Source of the DNA: Neocallimastix sp. 'constans'
Taxonomy: Eukaryota
Reading direction: 5' to 3'
Length of the DNA: 52,403 nucleotides
Assembly (NCBI GenBank): GCA_050613775.1
Contig: JBODTK010000014.1
Location: 1,488,001 to 1,540,403, forward strand
Numbering within the stretch: position 1 is the first letter of the stretch; each line of letters begins with the position of its first letter. A program made the position numbers and the translations under genes. Below, piece after piece: positions 9,410 to 24,890 of the stretch. A model generated the notes under the pieces. That model was not told the origin of the DNA. It did no database searches and was given only the letters and a program-made list of their open reading frames with translations.

Positions 9410-12400
9410 ATGACTAATAGTATAAATAAGAAAGACGAATTATTGGAGAAATATAATGAAGGTTTCCTTACATCTGAATATTTAAAAAATTATATAAACT
9501 GTCATCACCATGATTTATATATATCTTCTTCTTTAATTAAATTATTAATTAAAGAGAATAAAATGGAGTTATTAAAAATTATTTTTGATAATTTAAAGTT
9601 TTATGATAATGATATTATTAAATGATTACTTTTTCAATATAAAAATAAAACATCTATTTCTATAATTAATTTAAATGAAGAAATCTCTAAAGATAAATAT
9701 AAAATAATTATAGATTATAATTGGGTAGGTTATGGTAAGAATTATAAAATTGAAAATATGAATAAAAATTTAATGAATTATTTAGTAGAACATGGAATAA
9801 ATATAAATACAAATATTATATTTAAAGAAAAACCATTATTTTATGCATGTAAAAGTGAAAATAAAGAATTAGTAGAATACTTGTTGGCGAATGAAGCAGA
9901 TATAAATAAAGAAAATAATGATGGTGAAACAGTGTTATTTATTGTATGTAAAAGTGGAAACCAAAATTTGGTAGAATACTTGGTGGAACATGGAGCAGAT
10001 ATAAATAAAAAAAATTGGAAAGATGAGACACCATTATTTTATGCATGTGAAAGTGGAAATAAAGATTTAGTAGAATACTTGGTGGAACATGGAGCAAATA
10101 TAAATAAAGAAAGTTGGAATGGTGAAACTGTATTATTTAGAACGTGTAGAAGTGGAAATAAAGATTTAGTAGAGTACTTGGTGGTGGAACATGGTGCAGA
10201 TATAAATAAAGAAGCTAATAAAGGTGAAACTGTATTATTTAATGCATGTGAAAGTGGAAATAAAGATATAGTAGAATACTTGGTGGAACATGGAGCAAAT
10301 GTAAATAAAGAAGCTAATAATGGTGAAACTGTATTATTTAATGCATGTGAAAATGGAAATAAAGATTTAGTAGAATACTTAGTGGAACATGGAGCAAATA
10401 TAAATAAAGAAAGTTGGAATGGTGAAACTGTATTATTTAGAACGTGTAGAAGTGGAGATGAAGATTTAGTAAAATTCTTGGTGGAACATGGAGCAGATAT
10501 AAGTAAATCAAATAAACGTGGTAAAACAGTATTATTTACTTCAAGTGGAAGTAAAAAAATGAAGATTTAGTAAAATACTTGTTGAAACATGGAACAGATA
10601 AAAATTAGAAAAAAAAAAAAAAAAATTAAAAGAATTGGTGAAACAATATTATTTAGAGCATGTGAAAGTGGAAATAAAGATTTAGTAGAAAACTTGGTGG
10701 AACATGGTGCAAATATAAATAAAGAAAATTGGAATAGTGAAACTGTATTATTTAGAGCATGTGAAAGTGGAGATGAAGATTTAGTAAAATTCTTGGTGGA
10801 ACATGGAACAGAAATAAATAAAGAAAATAGGAATGGTGAAACAGTATTATTTAGAGCATGTGAAAGTGAAAATATAGATTTCGTAAAAATATTGGTAGAA
10901 CATGAAGCAGATATAAATAAAGAAAATAAAAATGGTGAAACAGTATTATTTAGAGCATGTGAAAGTGAAAATATAGATTTCGTAAAAATATTGGTAGAAC
11001 ATGGAGCAGATATAAATAAAGAAAATAAAAATGGTGAAACAGTATTATTTAGAGCATGTGAAAGTGGAAATAAAGATTTAGTAGAGTACTTGGTGGAACA
11101 TGGAGCAGATATAAGTAAAGCAAATAAACGTGGTAAAACAGTATTATTTACTTCAAGTGGAAGTAAAAAAATGAAGATTTAGTAAAATACTTGTTGAAAC
11201 ATGGAACAGATAAAAATTAGAAAAAAAAAAAAAAAATTAAAAGAATTGGTGAAACAGTATTATTTAGAGCATGTGAAAGTAAAAATAAAGATTCAGCAGA
11301 GTACTTGGTGGAACATGGTGCAAATATAAATAAAGAAAATTGGAATAGTGAAACAGTATTATTTAGAGCATGTGAAAGTGGAGATGAAGATTTAGTAAAA
11401 TTCTTGGTGGAACATGGAACAGAAATAAATAAAGAAAATAGGAATGGTGAAACAGTATTATTTAGAGCATGTGAAAGTGAAAATATAGATTTCGTAAAAA
11501 TATTGGTAGAACATGGAGCAGATATAAATAAAGAAAATAGGAATGGTGAAACAGTATTATTTAGAGCATGTGAAAGTGAAAATATTGATTTCGTAAAAAT
11601 ATTGGTAGAACATGGAGCAGATATAAATAAAGAAAATAAAAATGGTGAAACAGTATTATTTAGAGCATGTGAAAGTGGAAATAAAGATTTAGTAGAGTAC
11701 TTGGTGGAACATGGAGCAGATATAAGTAAAGCAAATAAACGTGGTAAAACAGTATTATTTACTTCAAGTGGAAGTAAAAAAATGAAGATTTAGTAAAATA
11801 CTTGTTGAAACATGGAACAGATAAAAATTAGAAAAAAAAAAAAAAAAATTAAAAGAATTGGTGAAACAGTATTATTTAGAGCATGTGAAAGTGGAAATAA
11901 AGATTTAGTAGAATACTTGGTGAAACATAGAGTAGATATAAATAAAGAAAATTGGAATGGTGAAACAGTATTATTTAGAGCATGTGAAAGTGGAAATAAA
12001 GATTTAGTAAAATTCTTGGTGGAATATGGAGCAGATATAAATAAAGAAAATTGGAATGGTGAAACAGTATTATTTGTTGCATATAAAAGTAAAAATGAAG
12101 ATTTAGTAAGATACTTGTTGAAACATGGAACAGATAAAAATTAGAAAAAAAAAAAAAAAAAAAAAAATTAATAGAATTGGTGAAACAGTATTATTTAGAG
12201 CATGTGAAAGTGGAAATAAAGATTTAGTAGAAAAATTGGTGGAACATGGTGCAAATATAAATAAAGAAAATTGGAATGGTGAAACTGTATTATTTAGAAC
12301 ATGTGAAAGTGGAGATGAAGATTTAGTAAAATTCTTGGTGGAACATGGAGCAGATATAAATAAGGTATATAGCAATCGTAAAACGGCATTTTATTTTTAG

Positions 12401-12475
12401 AAATAATTAGATGGAACAATATTTACTAGACTATATTAAAAGTAATACAGATATAAATAAAAACGACAAACCTAA
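9410..12475 (+). pseudogene. Ankyrin-repeat gene, copy 3 (~26 repeats), with early TGA and repeated frameshifts or stops
   Basis: The N-terminus is nearly identical to copy 2, but TGA at 9623-9625 replaces TGG. The frame continues at 9758-10570, then fragments 10589-11182, 11305-11793, 11812-12144 and 12125-12400 are broken at A-runs. Confidence 0.85.
10491..11900 (+). repeat. Higher-order tandem repeat of ~612 bp (six ankyrin modules), about 2.3 copies
   Basis: The block gagcagatataagtaaa...tcaagtggaagtaaaaaaatgaagatttag starts at 10491, 11103 and 11714. The matching ORF stops fall at 10570, 11182 and 11793 (spacing 612 and 611). Confidence 0.9.
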
Positions 12476-12542
12476 AAAAAAAAAAAAAAAATTATTTAAT
12501 TTATTATATATAAATAAATATAATAATAATTATTATTATTAT

Positions 12543-12591
<49 letters not shown>

Positions 12592-12940
12592 GACGATTAA
12601 ATCCTGCTTCATCCTTAAATTAATCTAAAAATGCATATTTTTAAATAATATACTATTTTATTTTATTTTATTTTATTTTATTATATTTATTTATTTATTA
12701 TTTTTTTATTTATTTAATATAAATTTCTTATCAATATTTATTTATTTATTTATTTAATGTGATTTCATTGAATCTTTGTAAAAAAAAAAAAAAAAAAAAA
12801 AAAATAAATTTATATAATAAAAAAAAATGAAATATAAAAAAAAAAAAAATGAAATATAAAAAAAATTAATATTATTCCTTTTTTAAATTATTTCATTTAA
12901 AAAAAAAAAAAAAAAAAAATTTAGTGTTAAAATATAAAAG

Positions 12941-12978
<38 letters not shown>

Positions 12979-13186
12979 AAATATAAATGTTAAATATAAA
13001 ATAATAAAAATTAAATGAAATAAAAAAAAATAAAAATAAAAATAAATAAATTTACCTAAAAACAAAAAAACAAAAAAACAAAAAAACAAATAAAAATAAA
13101 AATAAAAATAAAAATAAAATAATAAATAGAAAATTATCAAAAAGAATGTTAATATAAAATTAGAGATGATTACTATTATTATTACT

Positions 13187-13224
<38 letters not shown>

Positions 13225-13295
13225 ATATTATATATATATTATATATTTTTTATAATTTTTAATATTTTTTATAATTTTTAACATTTTTTATTAAT

Positions 13296-13347
<52 letters not shown>

Positions 13348-13691
13348 ATATTTATAATAAAGAAAAAAATTAAAAATTAAAAGATTAGTTGAACATTTTA
13401 TAATTACTTAATAATAATGAATTAATGAGTTAGGATATATATTAGTTAAAACTATTATTTATATGTAATTACTTAATACATATTTATATATAAAAATAAT
13501 AATAATAATAATATGAATAAAAAATATTTAAAAAGATAAATTCTTAAATTAATGTATATATATTTTTTATCTGTATTTCTAACTATAATATATAATGGTA
13601 TTATTATTATTATTTTCTATCTATTTATATAAATTTTTATTCAATTTTTATTTATTTATTTTTTTTTTTTTATCTATTTATTTTTTATTGT

Positions 13692-15844
<2,153 letters not shown>

Positions 15845-16109
15845 TTTTTTACTTTTTATTATTGTTTTTTTTTTTAAAAAAAAATAATTATTTATTTCTT
15901 CAATTATATATATGATTCAAAAAGAAAAGAATATTATTTAAAAAAAAAAAGGGGGGAGAAGAACAATAACTTTATATATATATTTGTCTATTTACACTTT
16001 TGGATTTTAATTATGTATATAATTTTTTCTTTTTTTTTTTTTTTCTTTTTGTTAATTATGTATTATTTAATAGAATTGCTTTTTCTTTTTTAGTTATTAA
16101 TTATACAAA

Positions 16110-16143
<34 letters not shown>

Positions 16144-16194
16144 AAAATTAATAATACAATATTATTAAGAAAATCTTTTATTTTTTTTTTAAAA

Positions 16195-16372
16195 ATTTGT
16201 AAAAAATTTTTGAAAATGTATTTATATATATATAAACGTTGATAAGACCAATTTCAACTAATTGTTATATTATAATTTATTTTTTTTTCTAAATTTATTA
16301 AAAAAATTTTTGGAAATGTATTTATATATATTTAAACGTTGATAAGACAAGCTCAACTAATTGTTATATTAA
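16195..16372. repeat. Tandem ~100-bp duplication upstream of the 7-TM gene
   Basis: aaatgtatttatatatat..aaacgttgataagac..tcaactaattgttatatt occurs twice. Confidence 0.8.
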
Positions 16373-17369
16373 AATTTCTTAAATATTAATTAATTCTTTT
16401 TTTTTTTTTTTTTTTTTTTTTGAAATTAATAGCTGAAATTCAATATTAATTATTTCATTGCATTTTCAAAACGTCAATAACTATAAATAATTTAATAGTT
16501 TTGAAAATAACTGAATTTCAAACGATTTATATGGTTTAAAAGCGTATTTTCGTATATATACAAAAGGAAAGTTAGAGCTGCTAAAGTTGCTTTGCTTCTA
16601 AAAATACATATATACTTCTTTGATAATTCATTAATTTTAAATCTTTTTTATGATTTTTTTTTTTTTTCTGTTTTTTTATTGGTAATTTACTATTATTTAA
16701 TAATTACAAGAAAATTTTTATATATAAAAATTTATATATTATGTATATGAATATATGGATATATAAAATTCAATTTTTTTTTTTTTTTTTTTTTCCTGTA
16801 AAAAGATTGTAATTTCCTTTTTAAAATATATTTGAAATTTCGTTCTATTTACATATAAATATCAAAAAATGCAAAAAAAAAAAAAAAATAATAATAATTT
16901 TATCTGTATCAAAAATAATTACTATATTTTTGCTTTTTTTTTTTTTTTTTTCCTTTATTTCGTTTTTTTTTTTTTTTTTCTTTTATATTTTTTCTTTTTA
17001 GTTGATTTATAAATATATTATATAAATCTTTTTCTATTCAAATTTGTTAATCTATTAAAATTTATTAAATTCGAGTTTCAACTTTTTTTTTTTTTCTATA
17101 ATTATAATTTTAAAGAAAAAAACATTATTTCTTTAAAACATATATATTTATATAATAATTATAATATAAATATCAATCTATTAAACAAAGATTCTATTAT
17201 TAAGAATCTGTTAAGATTACTTCTTTTATGATTTTAATATTTTTAAGAAATAAAATAATAAAAAAAAAATTATTAATAATTAATAATTAATAATAATAAA
17301 ATATAAAAAAAAAATTATATCTTGAATGACCCTAAAATAATATATTAAGACCATTAAAATTCTTTCAAT

Positions 17370-17965
17370 ATATTTATTTATTCAATTATTTATTTATTCA
17401 ATTATTTATTTATTTATTATTTATTCAATTATTTATTTATTCAATTATTCAATTATTTATTATTCAATTATTTATTATTCAATTATTTATTTATTTATTA
17501 TTTATTCAATTATTTATTTATTCAATTATTATTTATTCAATTATTATTTATTCAATTATTTATTTAAAATTTTATTTAAATATAAAAACAATAATAATAA
17601 TAATATTAAATAAAGTTTTTAGTATTAAGTTTCACCTTCATAAAAAATGAAACAAGAACACACGAAAGAAAAAAAAAAATAATAATTAATGAAATAATTA
17701 TAATAATTAATAAAAATAAAAATAAAAATATAAATAAAAATAAAAATAAAAATATAAATAAAATATATATAAATAATAGGTATATATAAAATGTATGTAA
17801 AGTATTGCTTCATTCATTTTATTTATTTAATAGCTATTTATTTATTTATTTAATAGCTATTTATTTATTTATTTAATAGCTATTTATTTATTTATTTAAT
17901 AGTTATTTATTTATTTATTTAATAGCTATTTATTTATTTATTTAATAGCTATTTATTTATTTATT
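17370..17965. repeat. Minisatellites: (TTATTCAATTAT)-type array at 17370-17565 and a ~23-bp (TATTTATTTATTTATTTAATAGC)n array at 17815-17965
   Basis: Directly visible tandem units. Confidence 0.8.
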
Positions 17966-18959
17966 TTCTTTAATAAATTGGAGCTGAAATAATCATAAAA
18001 TTTTAATGATTTAAATTAATAATGTTTCATTATTTAATATTTTCTATTTTTTTTTTAATTTTCTTATTTCTCTTTTATTTATTTATTTATTTTATAATTA
18101 TTCATTCATTTATTTTATTACATATTTATTATTCAGAGATATTTTAATATTTATTTTATATTTTTTCTATTTCTCTATTCTTAATATTTCAATATTTACA
18201 TATTTTATTATATTTTATTATATTTTATTATATTTTATTATATTTTTATAGATTTTTATAGATTTAAAAATTTTTTTTAAAGTTTTTACTTTTTCTTTTT
18301 AAACATATTTTTTTTTTTTTTAAAGTTTTTTTTTTTCCTGATTTAATTACATCTAAAATTTCCTTTTTTATTCTTAACAAACTTTTTTTTTTCATTATTA
18401 TTATTATTATTATTATTAGCATGTTTTCTTATTTTTTAATACATATGGATCATGGATGAATAAATAAACGGATAAAGTATATGTAAGTAAATAAATAAAT
18501 AGATAGATATTTAGATAAATAAATGAATAAAGTATATGTAGATAAATAATTAAATCTAATGATTTCGATTAATTTATCGTTCTTTTTCTATTTATATTAA
18601 TTTATATAATTAATATAAACAAATATATTTCATTGTATATATTATAATTCAATTTATTTAAATTTTTTGCCCAACAAATATTATAATTTATAGTATATTA
18701 GAATATATTATAATATATTTAAAAAATTAAGCATCTTGTGTAACACATGAACTGAATTTTAATTAAATAAATGTTGACTTTTAATATATATTAATAAATT
18801 AATTAACTTTAATTAGTTAATTATAAAACCAATATAAGGAATAAAATATAATATAATTCAGTTGATTAAAAATGGTATCATATGAATGCCAATGAATTGA
18901 TAGATATGTAAATGAATAATTAATTATTAATATTAATAAATGACAATAAGTAAGTAAAT

Positions 18960-19720
18960 GAAAATAAATATAATAAATAAATAAATAATAATAAAAAGAG
19001 TATTTATTAATAAATAATTGAACAATAATTAAATAATGGAATAATACATAATAATGGAATGATAAATAATAAATAATAAATAATAAATAAATAATTGAAT
19101 AATAAATAATAAATAATAAATAATAAATAATAAATAATAAAATAATAAATAATAAATAATAAATAATAAATAATGGAATAATTAAATAATAAATAATAAA
19201 TAATAAATAATAAATAATAAATAATAAATAATAAATAATAAATAATAAATAATAAATAATAATAAATAATGGAATAATTAAATAATAAATAATAAATAAT
19301 AAATAATTAAATAATAAATAATAAATAATAAATAATATATAATAAATAATAAATAATAAATAATAAATAATAAATAATGGAATAATAAATAATAAATAAT
19401 AAATAATAAATAATAAATAATAAATAACAAATAATAAATAATAAATAATTGAATAATAAATAATTGAATAATAAATAATAAATAATAATAAATAAATAAA
19501 TAAATAATAAATAATAAAAAGAGTATTTATTAATAAATAATAAATAATAAATAATAAATAATAAATAATAAAAAGAGTATTTATTAATAAATAATAAATA
19601 ATAAATAATAAATAATAAATAATAAATAATAAATAATAAATAATAAATAATAAATAATAAATAATAAATAATCAATTAAATAATTAAATAATAAATAATA
19701 AATAATTAAATAATTAAAAC
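18960..19720. repeat. (AATAAAT)n satellite array with AAAAGAGTATTTATT signature
   Basis: Tandem heptamers with the signature at ~18995, ~19517 and ~19570. Confidence 0.9.
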
Positions 19721-20182
19721 AATTATTATACTATTAATTAATTAGAAATAATTGGCCATAATATTTATTTATTTATTTTTTTATTTATTTATACTATTTT
19801 AATTATTCATTTATTATATTTAACTATTTATTATATTTAATCATAACTACAATTGTAATATTTAAATAATAATTATTTAATTATTTAATTGTTATACTTA
19901 AACAACATATAATTATAATTACTTATTATTAAAATTTATATAAATTTAATTATTTAAATTGTTAATTATTTAATCATTAATTAGTGAATGATCAATCAAA
20001 TAAGCACAGGCTAAATATAAAAGTTTTTGATAGTAAATATAAAAAGAGATAGACATAGAACATCTTATATATATTTAAAAATGATTAAAGATTTAAATAT
20101 ATATATATTTTTTTCATTAATTAATTAAAACAAAAGTAAAAGAAAAAAATATATAGCATAAAAGAGTATTAGAAAATAGCAT

Positions 20183-20223
<41 letters not shown>

Positions 20224-20861
20224 TTAATATAATATTAAAATGATAATAAAAAAAAAATTAGAAAGTTTTTATTAAAAAGTGAATAAAAAAAATAAAAATT
20301 ATCTACAGATTTAATAAAAGTAAAATTAAATAATAAAATATTTTAAATATCTTTTTGCTTGTTATATCTTCTTCTTCTTCTTTAAATAATTTTAATATTA
20401 TTTATTATTTAATTATTATTAATTATTATTTAATATTTAATGCTTATAATTTATGGGCGTTCTTTTTATTGAAAATTAATCAATATATATATGTACTTAT
20501 ATAGAAACCTTTGTTATATGTACCTTTTTACTTTACTATTTCTATTTATTTCATACATAAATGCTCTTTTATTATTATTATTATTAGTATTAGTATTAGT
20601 ATTTACTATATATTATATATATAATATATGATTTATTTATTATATATTATTAATTTTTAATTATTGATTGATTTTTTTAATTATTATTAATATTATTATT
20701 TTTAACTAGTAAAGAATTTTAAAAAGTATCACATTTTTATAGTGTTCTTTTTCTATTTTTTATAATAATTTAAAATAATTAAAAAATACAGATATATTCT
20801 ATTTTTTTATAATTTTATAAACTAATTAAATATATATTCTAATTCTATCATATAAATAATA

Positions 20862-20903
<42 letters not shown>

Positions 20904-21344
20904 TTTTGTTTATGGTTTATACATCATAATAATTTAATTAAAAATAAAAATATATAGTAAAAATAAACTTAAAATTTTAATTTATTCTCAAATGAAATAT
21001 GATATAATATATTATCTTAAAGTAGTTCTAACAATAAATTATTATAATTTGAAATATTAAAATAAAAGAAAAAAATAAATAAAACATGACGTTTTAAAAG
21101 GTTTTTTTGTTGGATATGTTAGATAAATATTAATTTATAAAAATTTGAGATTACAAAAAAAAAAAAAAAAAAAATTACAATAAAATAAAATGAAATAAAA
21201 CTTGATATTCCAAATTGTTCTTTTGTTGGATAAATATGTCAACTTTATGATAATTATTTACAGTAAATTATTAAATTTTGATATTTAAGAATTATAAATA
21301 TAATTTGGATACTTTTATAAAAATTCTATAAAATAGTTAAAAAA

Positions 21345-21618
21345 TATAAAAAAAAAAAAATAAGTGTTATTTCTTAAAAGATTTAATTTTGAAATTTAAA
21401 TATCTATTTTACTCATTATTATTATTTTTACCACCATACATTCATTCATTTACTAATAGACTAATAGTATGATATATAGAATGAAGTTTTTTTTTTTTTT
21501 TTACATAAAAAAAAATTATTTAAAAATATAATGAATTAATTTTTATATTTAGTATAAAAAAAAAATAAGTGTTATTTCTTAAAAAGACTTAATTTTGAAA
21601 TTTAAATATCTATTTTAC

Positions 21619-21674
<56 letters not shown>

Positions 21675-21775
21675 TTTATTTTTATTATTATTTTTACCAT
21701 CATACATTCATTCATTTACTAATAGTATGGTATATAGAATGAAGTTTTTTTTTTTTTTTTTTTTTTTTTTTACAT
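21345..21775. repeat. Tandem duplication of a ~160-210-bp non-coding block
   Basis: taagtgttatttcttaaaa...aattttgaaatttaaatatctattttact...ttaccaccatacattcattcatttactaatag...tatagaatgaagttt occurs twice. The second copy has an expanded (TTA)n. Confidence 0.85.
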
Positions 21776-23499
21776 GTTATTAGGAAATCTTTATAATAAT
21801 TTTACAAATATTAAAATAATAATAAATAAATATATTTAAAATATAATCTATCAAAGTAAAATAATAATAAATAAATATATATTTAAAATATAATCTATCA
21901 AAGTATAATATATAATATAATATATAATATAATATATAATAAGTATATATTAAAATAATAAATATAACTATATAATTCTTAGAATGAAAATAAGAAAAAT
22001 AAAATTAAATATTTAAGAATATAATTATATATTTTTAATAATTTTATTTTGAATAATTTAACTCGATCATTAACAAAAAGTTAAAAAAAAAAATTTTTTT
22101 TTTTAATATTAAATATTTCTATAAATTATTAAGTATAATTTTTTAACATTTTATCTACATATTTTATATTTTTTAAAGTTTTAATTAAATAAATGAGTAA
22201 AAAAAGATTATAAATATTAAAAAAATTATTAATTATATATATTATTTAAAAAAAAAATCATAATTCGAGAAGTTTCATTTTTTATATATTATAAAGGTAA
22301 AAAAAAAAAAATTAAAAATAAAAAATAAAAATAGGCAATTATCAGACTCAAATTGAATTAAATATTAAATATAAAATTAAAAATAAATAAAAAAAAATAT
22401 ACATAAAAAAAAATTATTTAAAAATTTAATGAATTTATTTAAAATTATTATTTAATATTAAAAAATTTTTTTTTCATAATTAAATTCTTTATTAAATTTT
22501 CTTCATAAACTATGATTACTATGATACATCTTTTTATTTTCAAAATATATAAATTAATATAAACTGTTCGCTTTAATATTTTAATATATACTATAACATA
22601 TATTGATATGTACCTACTCTTTATTTCTTTAGTTTCTATAACCCTCATATTTTATTAGTAGAAAATGTTTCAGCTTAAATTATAACCTTTCTAAATATTT
22701 CTTCCTTAAATAATAATTACAAATTCATTATTAAAATTAAATGTAATTAAATCAATATCATTTTGTTTTTTATTATTCTTATAAAATTTATTATTTTTTT
22801 CATTAAAGTATTATTGTTTTTTAAAAAATTTTAATATTTTATAAATTCTGACTTGATTTCTACTCTCTATTTCTTTACTAAGCTTCTTTAACCCTCAAAT
22901 TTCTATGTAGAAAATGCTTCTCTTTAAATTATTTAGATTTACTTTTTTTTTTTTTTTTTTTACAAATTTATTTATATATGTATATTTATTTTTTATTTTA
23001 TTTTAATTATTACTTATTTATTTATTCATTTATTTATTATAATTTGTTTTTGTTTTTGAATTAAACAATGAATATCTATTGATTATTATATAGTAAAAAT
23101 TGTTTTATTTTATTATTTATGATAGTTATTTAAAATTAAAAGTATTATTAATTGTAATTATTATTATTATTTAAATTATATAGATTATTATTAATCCATC
23201 CTTTGTTTGATATATATTAATATATGCTATGAAATAAAAATCTTTTTTAATATAAATAAACCATTAATTTTGAAACATTACTATTATTTATTTTTTTTCT
23301 ATATTATTTTATCAGTTATAAAGTAAAAAGCATCCAAATCTTAGTAACTGTCAAAAAATATAATTTATTAATGTATTTATTATATGATACATTTATTTAA
23401 TATTGTTAATATTATTAAATGACTAACTATAATGTTTATATAATATATTTATTATTTAAAAAGTTGATTTTTCAACAAAGAGAGTAAGCGAATGTAACA

Positions 23500-24007
23500 A
23501 TATTCAAAATATGGAAAAATGAAGGCGTATTACAATTATGGCACAGACGTCTAGCACATTTCAATATTAATAAAATAAAAGATTACTTATCAAACATATT
23601 AATTAATGAAAAATGCAAAAATTTGTTCAGAATCAAAATTAAGAAATTTCCCATATTATTCATCTGAAAATAGAACAGAAGATAAATTTGAATTAATTCA
23701 TATGGATACTGTTCAATACTAAGATAAATTATTATATGGAAATAAATATTTTTTCAGTATAATGGATGATTACTCAAGATATGTTGTGTAAAATCAAAAT
23801 TAGATGTTTACTCAACATTTATAAAATGGTACAACGTAGTCAATAAAAAAAAAAAATATTTTCAATAAAACAATTAAATATATAAAAACAGATAATGGGG
23901 TGAATTTAATAATTATCGATTTAGTATATTTTGTGAAAATAGTGGAATTATAAAATTAAATAGTTTTAGAATATAATCCACAAGAAAATGGTAGGGCAGA
24001 ACGTTTT

Positions 24008-24040
<33 letters not shown>

Positions 24041-24170
24041 CTTATTCATGCAGCAAAAGCACTATTGATATTGAATGATACTTGTTTAAATTATAAATTT
24101 TTGAGAAGATGCAATTAAAACAGCAAATTTTATACATAATTGTCTTATACATAGAGATTTAGATGTAATG
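23500..24170 (+). mobile_element. Degenerate Ty1/copia integrase relic (GAG-pre-integrase plus rve core)
   Basis: From 23521 it reads EGVLQLWHRRLAHFN...CKICSESKLRNFPY...FELIHMDTV..*..GNKYFFSIMDDYSRY. After frameshifts come IKTDNG, YNPQENGRAERFQ, TLIHAAKALL and F*EDAIKTANFIHN. The HHCC and D,D(35)E motifs are recognisable. It is not in the ORF track. Confidence 0.92.
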
Positions 24171-24379
24171 AAATTTTATCTAGTAAATCCTTATATAATA
24201 GAATAATATAAGGTTTACTATTGTATGCTTACAACTACATAAAATTATTTAATCACATTTTACATAAATTATAATGAAACCATATTTCTAATACATAAAT
24301 TTATAAAATACTTTATTAATACAATATTATAAAATATAATTAATTATAAGAAAAATAAATTATATTAAACTTTATTTTC

Positions 24380-24890
24380 AAATAATAAATAATAATAAAT
24401 TATAAATAATTAAATAATAAATAATAAAAAGAGTATTTATTAATAAATAATAAATAATAAATAATAAATAATAAATAATAAGTAATAAATAGTAAATAAT
24501 AAATAATAAATAATAAATAATAAATAATAAATAATAAATAATAAATAATAAATAATAAATAATAAATAATAAATAATAAATAATAAATAATAAATAATAA
24601 ATAATAAATAATAAAAAGAGTATTTATTAATAAATAATAAATAAATAATAAATAATAAATAATAAATAATAAATAATAAATAATAAATAATTGAATAATA
24701 AATAATAAATAATAAAAAATAAATAAAAAATAATAAATAATAAATAATAAATAATAAATAATAAATAATAAATAATAAATAATAAATAATAAATAATAAA
24801 TAATAAATAATAAATAATAAATAATAAATAATAAATAATAAATAATAAGTAATAAATAATAAATAATAAATAATAAATAATAATAATTAA
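24380..24890. repeat. (AATAAAT)n satellite array with AAAAGAGTATTTATT signature
   Basis: Tandem heptamers with the signature at ~24427 and ~24614. Confidence 0.9.

Noticed and set aside
366..12400. 99-bp periodic repeats as a CRISPR-like array
   Set aside because: The units are in-frame protein-coding ankyrin modules with no unique spacers or cas genes, in a eukaryotic context.
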